From positions 16,292 to 80,291 of IMG/VR virus record IMGVR_UViG_3300031576_000026: DNA of 64,000 bases. One strand, 5' to 3'. This DNA comes from a virus. Below the pieces are notes generated by a model that saw only the letters and a program-made list of their open reading frames with translations, made no database searches and was not told the origin of the DNA. Positions 59,504 to 64,000 of this stretch are shown piece after piece (the first letter of the stretch is position 1; the number at the start of each line of letters is the position of its first letter). The position numbers and the translations under genes are program-made.

Positions 59504-60088
59504 TCATCTATACTTGTTTGATTGGGACAAGGACACCTCCCATAATCATGCCTATCCCATGATACTCTAATCCACCCACAGTCAAGACAGACAACTCCCA
59601 TTCGTTTATCTTTTAAACTTTTAAGGTTATATAGCAGGTATCTAGATTTCTGGCTTGCTTTAGCTTTAGCTAATTCTTTTTCTAATTTTTCGATTTTTTG
59701 CCATTGTCTTTTAGATTTAGCCTTCATTTGCCTATATCTTTCTCGTGTTATAGGAAATCCCAATTTATCCAATGCTCCTTTTTTGGGAAATTTTATCATA
59801 GTCCTTACCCCCTTAAAAGTTTGTGTATTTCTTCGGGGTTCTCTTTAACAACATAAACTGTTTTATTAATATCATCTCTAACTTCAGTTTTACTTCCTTC
59901 TACTTCATAGAAAGAAGAAATACTATTTGCTTTAATATAAATAGGAAATCCATTATTATAAAGAGTTAATTTAATATATGGATTCGATATATTCATTAGT
60001 TTCCGAATCATCCTCATCTAACCATTCCCAATCTTTTATATCTTCTATAATTATAATTTTAGTTGGAGATGCTTTTGGCTCATTATCC

Positions 60089-60397
60089 CTAATCTGATTT
60101 TTTTTTTATTTGAACTCCAATAATATATAAACCATTTCTTTCATTCGTAGAGAATATTTCTACTCCTCTGAGAGAAACATGAGATTTAGTTTTAATATCT
60201 TCACTGAATGATATTTTTTTATTCCTTCTCTTAATTAGGGAATTAGAATCAACATCTACTTTAATTGATTTGCCTAGGTTAGCTAAAGCATTATTATAAG
60301 CGTCCTGATATGTTTCACCTTTACCGAATTCTTTATGATATTCTATAGATGCTGCATTAATGCAGCAAAATAAAATTATATGAATGGTTAGTTTCAT
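60089..60397 (-). CDS. Exported protein, LPP20-like
   Basis: Signal peptide; G.G.T..DA..NAL.NL..SIKVDVDS...L.GVEI. Confidence 0.55.
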   Translation of the reverse strand: MKLTIHIILFCCINAASIEYHKEFGKGETYQDAYNNALANLGKSIKVDVDSNSLIKRRNKKISFSEDIKTKSHVSLRGVEIFSTNERNGLYIIGVQIKKKSD

Positions 60398-60398
60398 A

Positions 60399-60965
60399 TT
60401 ACTTTCTATTAAAAAATTTAGGCATCGCCTGATCTTTTAGAAACATATTCAGATTATCTCTATCTAAGAATTTTCTATATTCTTGCACGTAGGATTTATC
60501 AATTGCTACTTTAACTAAACAAAAGAGTTTGAGCGAATAATCATCTCTTTTATCAAAAACTTGCTGTTTTTCCCAATATCTTTCAATGACCTTTACCGAA
60601 GATAAAGCCCCAAATGAAGTCAGCATTAGTTTATGCTCAATTTCAACTGGACTATTTTTATTATTTCTTTGAATATATTTTTCTGAAATCAGAACATCAT
60701 TTAAATATTTAACTATCTGTTCTCTTGCCTTGCTTTCTGTGATATCGAAGCATACATCAATACCTAGCTCAAATGGAATTACCTGGGATTCAACAAACAA
60801 AATAGATGACTCATTTTCAGTAAAAGGGGAGCTTTGAGATTGTGATTTTATAGAATCATCATCTTTACTTCTATCTAAAATATTAGTTCTACTTAAATCA
60901 GATGATGCACATTTAATCAATATAAAAATTGCGAGTAGTCTTAAAAATCTAGCTATCATATCCAA
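60399..60965 (-). CDS. Putative lipoprotein
   Basis: Hydrophobic leader ending in CAS; ERYWEK. Confidence 0.55.
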   Translation of the reverse strand: MDMIARFLRLLAIFILIKCASSDLSRTNILDRSKDDDSIKSQSQSSPFTENESSILFVESQVIPFELGIDVCFDITESKAREQIVKYLNDVLISEKYIQRNNKNSPVEIEHKLMLTSFGALSSVKVIERYWEKQQVFDKRDDYSLKLFCLVKVAIDKSYVQEYRKFLDRDNLNMFLKDQAMPKFFNRK

Positions 60966-62027
60966 ACCTTTTACTTAGAGAATCTATTATATCTAAAGCA
61001 TGCTTAAAAGCAAGATGGCAATATTTTTGTTCAGAGAAAATTATATTATTGGTATACTTATTACATAAATTATAATGTAACTCATTAATTTCATTCTTTA
61101 TTTCTACTAATGGGATTTTTTCTTGCATTAAAAGAGTGATTTGATTTAGGGTATCAATATAAACGATACGATGTTTAAGATTTTGTATCCTAGAACCTAC
61201 ATATCGATTTGTAGATTCTAGTAATGTTTTAACCAGATCATGCATCAAAATCATTCCTGTTTTCGTTGATCTCGAATGGTTCTACTTCCACTACAAATTC
61301 TTCTCCTAGCTGTTCGTTTAGCTCTTCACAGTGAAGAAGAGCTGATTCTTTATGCGCAAAAATCGAATCAATATACTCAGAATTAAAAACCTTTTTAATT
61401 ATTACAACCGCATATACAGTCATACAAAAAAGCTTTCTAAATTCAAATTTTCAATAGTCATTATAACACAATCAACAGGCAAAGTCAATTCTTTAGAAAT
61501 TTCTTCTATTAATACTTTCCTTACTAAATCATCATATTGCTTGTTGATATCATCTTTAAAAGTCCTCACATACTCACTGTCTTGATTAAAAAGATTCTCC
61601 TTTTGTTCTCTTAAAGGTTTTATTAATTCCTTAAGTTTCCATTGATTATGAATTAAATAGAGAAAAATAGCTTCTTCTATCATAGATTGATTATAAAAGT
61701 CCATTATATCTTCCTAATACCATTAAAAACACTACAAAGAAAATAAAAATTGCATATTCTAATTGATAAAGTTTTCTGGGGATTTTTTTCATAGTTTTTT
61801 AGTTTCGGTCATTGTTGGGGCTTTATATAAGGATATATTATTATCATTACTCCAATCTAAATACAAGGTAATTGACATTAGGTTAGATGGAGATAACTTG
61901 ATAGACTTATAGAATTCCCCTCCTGGTAGAGAAACTTCATCACTAGCTGAGATAGAGATATGTGTGACATTTTTTAACTTCAACTCATTTAAAGCTTTTT
62001 CCATGTCTATTATTTTAAATCCAACCA

Positions 62028-62765
62028 TTATTTTATACTCTGTAAAAGTTTACCAGTCCAAATAGCTGTAGAAACAGAAGTTCCAGATAAAATTGAATTA
62101 CTTACTTTAATATTACATCCCGGTTCATATAGATCAACTGGGCCATTTCTATTAGAAAAATAAGCAATTTTTTTATCCCTACATAAAGAACCGACTACGT
62201 AAAAATTAGGATTAGTTAAAGCATAGCAAGCTGGATAATAATTACAAGAAGTCTTTGAAAAATCCTTACTTTCATTTCCCGCTGAAACATTAACAATTAT
62301 ACCATGATTAAGAGCTTTAATAAGTAAATCTTTTTCCCATAAAGAGAATGTCGGACCTCCTGCACTAATGTTGATAATATAAGAATTTAATTCTATGGCC
62401 CTCTCAATGCCTTTACCATAATTACTTATACTACCTTTACCATTACTAGTAACTTTTATTATTAGTATACATTGTTTTTTATGATTCATATAAGCTGAAA
62501 TCAGATTGGCTAGATGCGTTCCATGTCCTAAAGAATCGTGATGGTTAGTATTGGTTAAATCTAGTATTGGATTTTTACATATAAATTTTTCGATTCCATT
62601 TGGGTTTACTCCAGTATCTAACAAAGCTACTTTAGTTCTAGTCTCATCATTTGTTATTGCAATTTCTCTCTCATTAGCAAAACATAAAGCAATATTAATA
62701 ATAAATAAAAGAGCAAAAAAGAATATAAACACTGTTAAAAATTTCTTGTAGTCAGAATCACTCAT
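62028..62765 (-). CDS. Subtilisin-like (S8) serine protease, exported
   Basis: LLDTG, GHGTH, INIS.G, SAGN, SGTS; N-terminal TM/signal. Confidence 0.92.
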   Translation of the reverse strand: MSDSDYKKFLTVFIFFFALLFIINIALCFANEREIAITNDETRTKVALLDTGVNPNGIEKFICKNPILDLTNTNHHDSLGHGTHLANLISAYMNHKKQCILIIKVTSNGKGSISNYGKGIERAIELNSYIINISAGGPTFSLWEKDLLIKALNHGIIVNVSAGNESKDFSKTSCNYYPACYALTNPNFYVVGSLCRDKKIAYFSNRNGPVDLYEPGCNIKVSNSILSGTSVSTAIWTGKLLQSIK

Positions 62766-62956
62766 TTTTTTACCTTACATACAAACATTGGATTAATTGA
62801 TTTTCCTACTGTTCTGATGTAGGATTCATGAAATGATCGCATGGCTTCGTAGTTATTTTTATAAAGATGTAAGTCTATTATGAGATTAACTATACAATAA
62901 ATTAAAAATCCAGTCAAGACAAAATATAACAGATGAAGTAATTTTAATAGATTCAT
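62762..62956 (-). CDS. Small membrane protein
   Basis: N-terminal hydrophobic helix. Confidence 0.5.
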   Translation of the reverse strand: MNLLKLLHLLYFVLTGFLIYCIVNLIIDLHLYKNNYEAMRSFHESYIRTVGKSINPMFVCKVKK

Positions 62957-63675
62957 ATATTTATATCCAAATTAAATCGCCATTTGAGATCTTTGAGAAA
63001 AAGTAAATTCTTTTCTTCACCTAAATTCACATAATAAGAAAGTTGTTCTTTAGTTGTTTGGCTGCCAGCGTGAGTTATTCCTATTACTTCCTCTTTGTCA
63101 TTAAAAAGTGGTCCTCCGCTGTCACCAAAACAAGAAGCTGCTCTATTGTAAGGACCAAAAATAGAACGCAAAGGAGTTGATAAAACTATATATCCATCGT
63201 TATCGATATCTAAAATAACATTTGTTCCTGTTCTTTTTATATTTGAACCTTGGCGAGTATTAATATCATTGCATCCATATCCAACCAACCTAACGTTAAA
63301 GGTTAAATCAAATCCTATTTTAGAAATATGGTCAGATATGTCATAATTGAATATGAGCATAGCTAAATCATTCGGGCTAAAAAGTATATCTGTGTTAGTA
63401 TAAATTTTATTAGTTACATAACTATTAGCTAAATAATGGACAACCGCCGCAATATTCTTATTAACACAATGAGCTGCAGTTAGAATTGAGTTAGGACTTA
63501 TGAATACACCGCTGCATAATCCACCGGAAGAACTTTTAACTCGAATCACAGAAAGGTAATCAGTTGTTTGTATTACTTTTTCAGATGATGGGTTTGGTGG
63601 GCTGGGTACGGTAGAGCCGCAGCTAATAACTAATGTTATTAGTATAATTTCTCCTGTTACACATAGAAAATTCAT
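62953..63675 (-). CDS. Trypsin-family (S1) serine protease, probable lipoprotein
   Basis: CSG...LTAAHC, DLAML, CFGDSGGPL; LVISC lipobox-like. Confidence 0.92.
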   Translation of the reverse strand: MNFLCVTGEIILITLVISCGSTVPSPPNPSSEKVIQTTDYLSVIRVKSSSGGLCSGVFISPNSILTAAHCVNKNIAAVVHYLANSYVTNKIYTNTDILFSPNDLAMLIFNYDISDHISKIGFDLTFNVRLVGYGCNDINTRQGSNIKRTGTNVILDIDNDGYIVLSTPLRSIFGPYNRAASCFGDSGGPLFNDKEEVIGITHAGSQTTKEQLSYYVNLGEEKNLLFLKDLKWRFNLDINI

Positions 63676-64000
63676 TAAACTTTACCCACTTTTGCTATTT
63701 GATTTAATACTTTCCCCACTTGATTCCTCACTTGATCCCACACTTGATCCCTCACTTGATCCTCCACTTGATTATACACTTGATCCCCCACTTGATTCCA
63801 CACTTGATTATACACTTGATTCAATACTTGATTCCCCACTTGATTCCACACTTGATCCCTCACTTGATCCCTCACTTGATCCCTCACTTGATTCCCCACT
63901 TGATCCCCCACTTGATCCCCCACTTGATCCCTCACTTGATCCTCCACTTGATTATACACTTGATCCCCCACTTGATTCCACACTTGATCCCCCACTTGAT
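63675..64000 (-). CDS. Second [N/D]QVx tetrapeptide-repeat protein, 5'-truncated
   Basis: Open to window edge; TAATG-coupled to the trypsin gene. Confidence 0.7.
   Translation of the reverse strand, partial: QVGDQVWNQVGDQVYNQVEDQVRDQVGDQVGDQVGNQVRDQVRDQVRDQVWNQVGNQVLNQVYNQVWNQVGDQVYNQVEDQVRDQVWDQVRNQVGKVLNQIAKVGKV
63714..64000. repeat. 12-bp tandem repeat array B (at least 23 full units)
   Basis: Same CACTTGAT core as array A. Confidence 0.98.

Larger units (their letters stand above)
1..64000. mobile_element. Tailed dsDNA bacteriophage genome segment (podovirus-like); structural arm on +, replication/early arm on -
   Basis: Capsid/scaffold/fibre/nozzle/ejection-type genes on + (1-32987); PolB, primase-helicase, RNR, ThyX, RecA and dense small ORFs on -; no host housekeeping genes. 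Confidence 0.95.

Noticed and set aside
605-62751. Numerous short antisense or nested ORFs in the track (e.g. 1686-2084, 8748-9029, 44367-44798)
   Set aside because: Shadow frames of well-supported genes, with no RBS or motifs
1-64000. Stop-codon reassignment
   Set aside because: Long genes are intact in the standard code, and TAA, TAG and TGA all end genes at coupled junctions
1-64000. tRNA genes, integrase/att sites, terminase, portal, endolysin
   Set aside because: None recognisable by eye; they may lie outside the window, and tRNAscan/HMM searches are needed to exclude them

Overview
The whole window is an AT-rich tailed dsDNA bacteriophage segment (Caudoviricetes, podovirus-like morphogenesis) with two convergent arms. 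The + strand (1-32987) carries late/structural genes: beta-rich virion proteins, patatin, a trypsin-like protease, scaffold, major capsid protein, several tail fibres, adaptor, a 1668-aa nozzle-like protein and ejection proteins. A repeated intergenic motif TTAACAACTA precedes several of these blocks. The - strand (32982-64000) carries early/middle genes with host sigma70-type promoters: membrane/lysis-like proteins, HNH, MazG, DUF5664-like, phosphoesterase, AAA ATPase, RNA ligase, deaminase, a family B DNA polymerase fused to a family-1 uracil-DNA glycosylase, primase-helicase, Rad52/Sak-like annealing protein, ThyX, PD-(D/E)XK nuclease, class II RNR, RecA, many small ORFs, exported proteases, and two 12-bp tandem arrays encoding [N/D]QVx tetrapeptides. 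I could not recognise a terminase, portal, endolysin, integrase or tRNA. The most interesting items are: a candidate programmed -1 frameshift at a stop codon (CCT TTT TAA plus hairpin) near 36940; the two NQVx arrays; the PolB-UNG fusion coupled to a deaminase; an SD-sequestering uORF leader on the RNR; structured leaders on the head genes; and a 42-aa peptide that copies the capsid N-terminus. All calls come from motif reading by eye; no database search was run.
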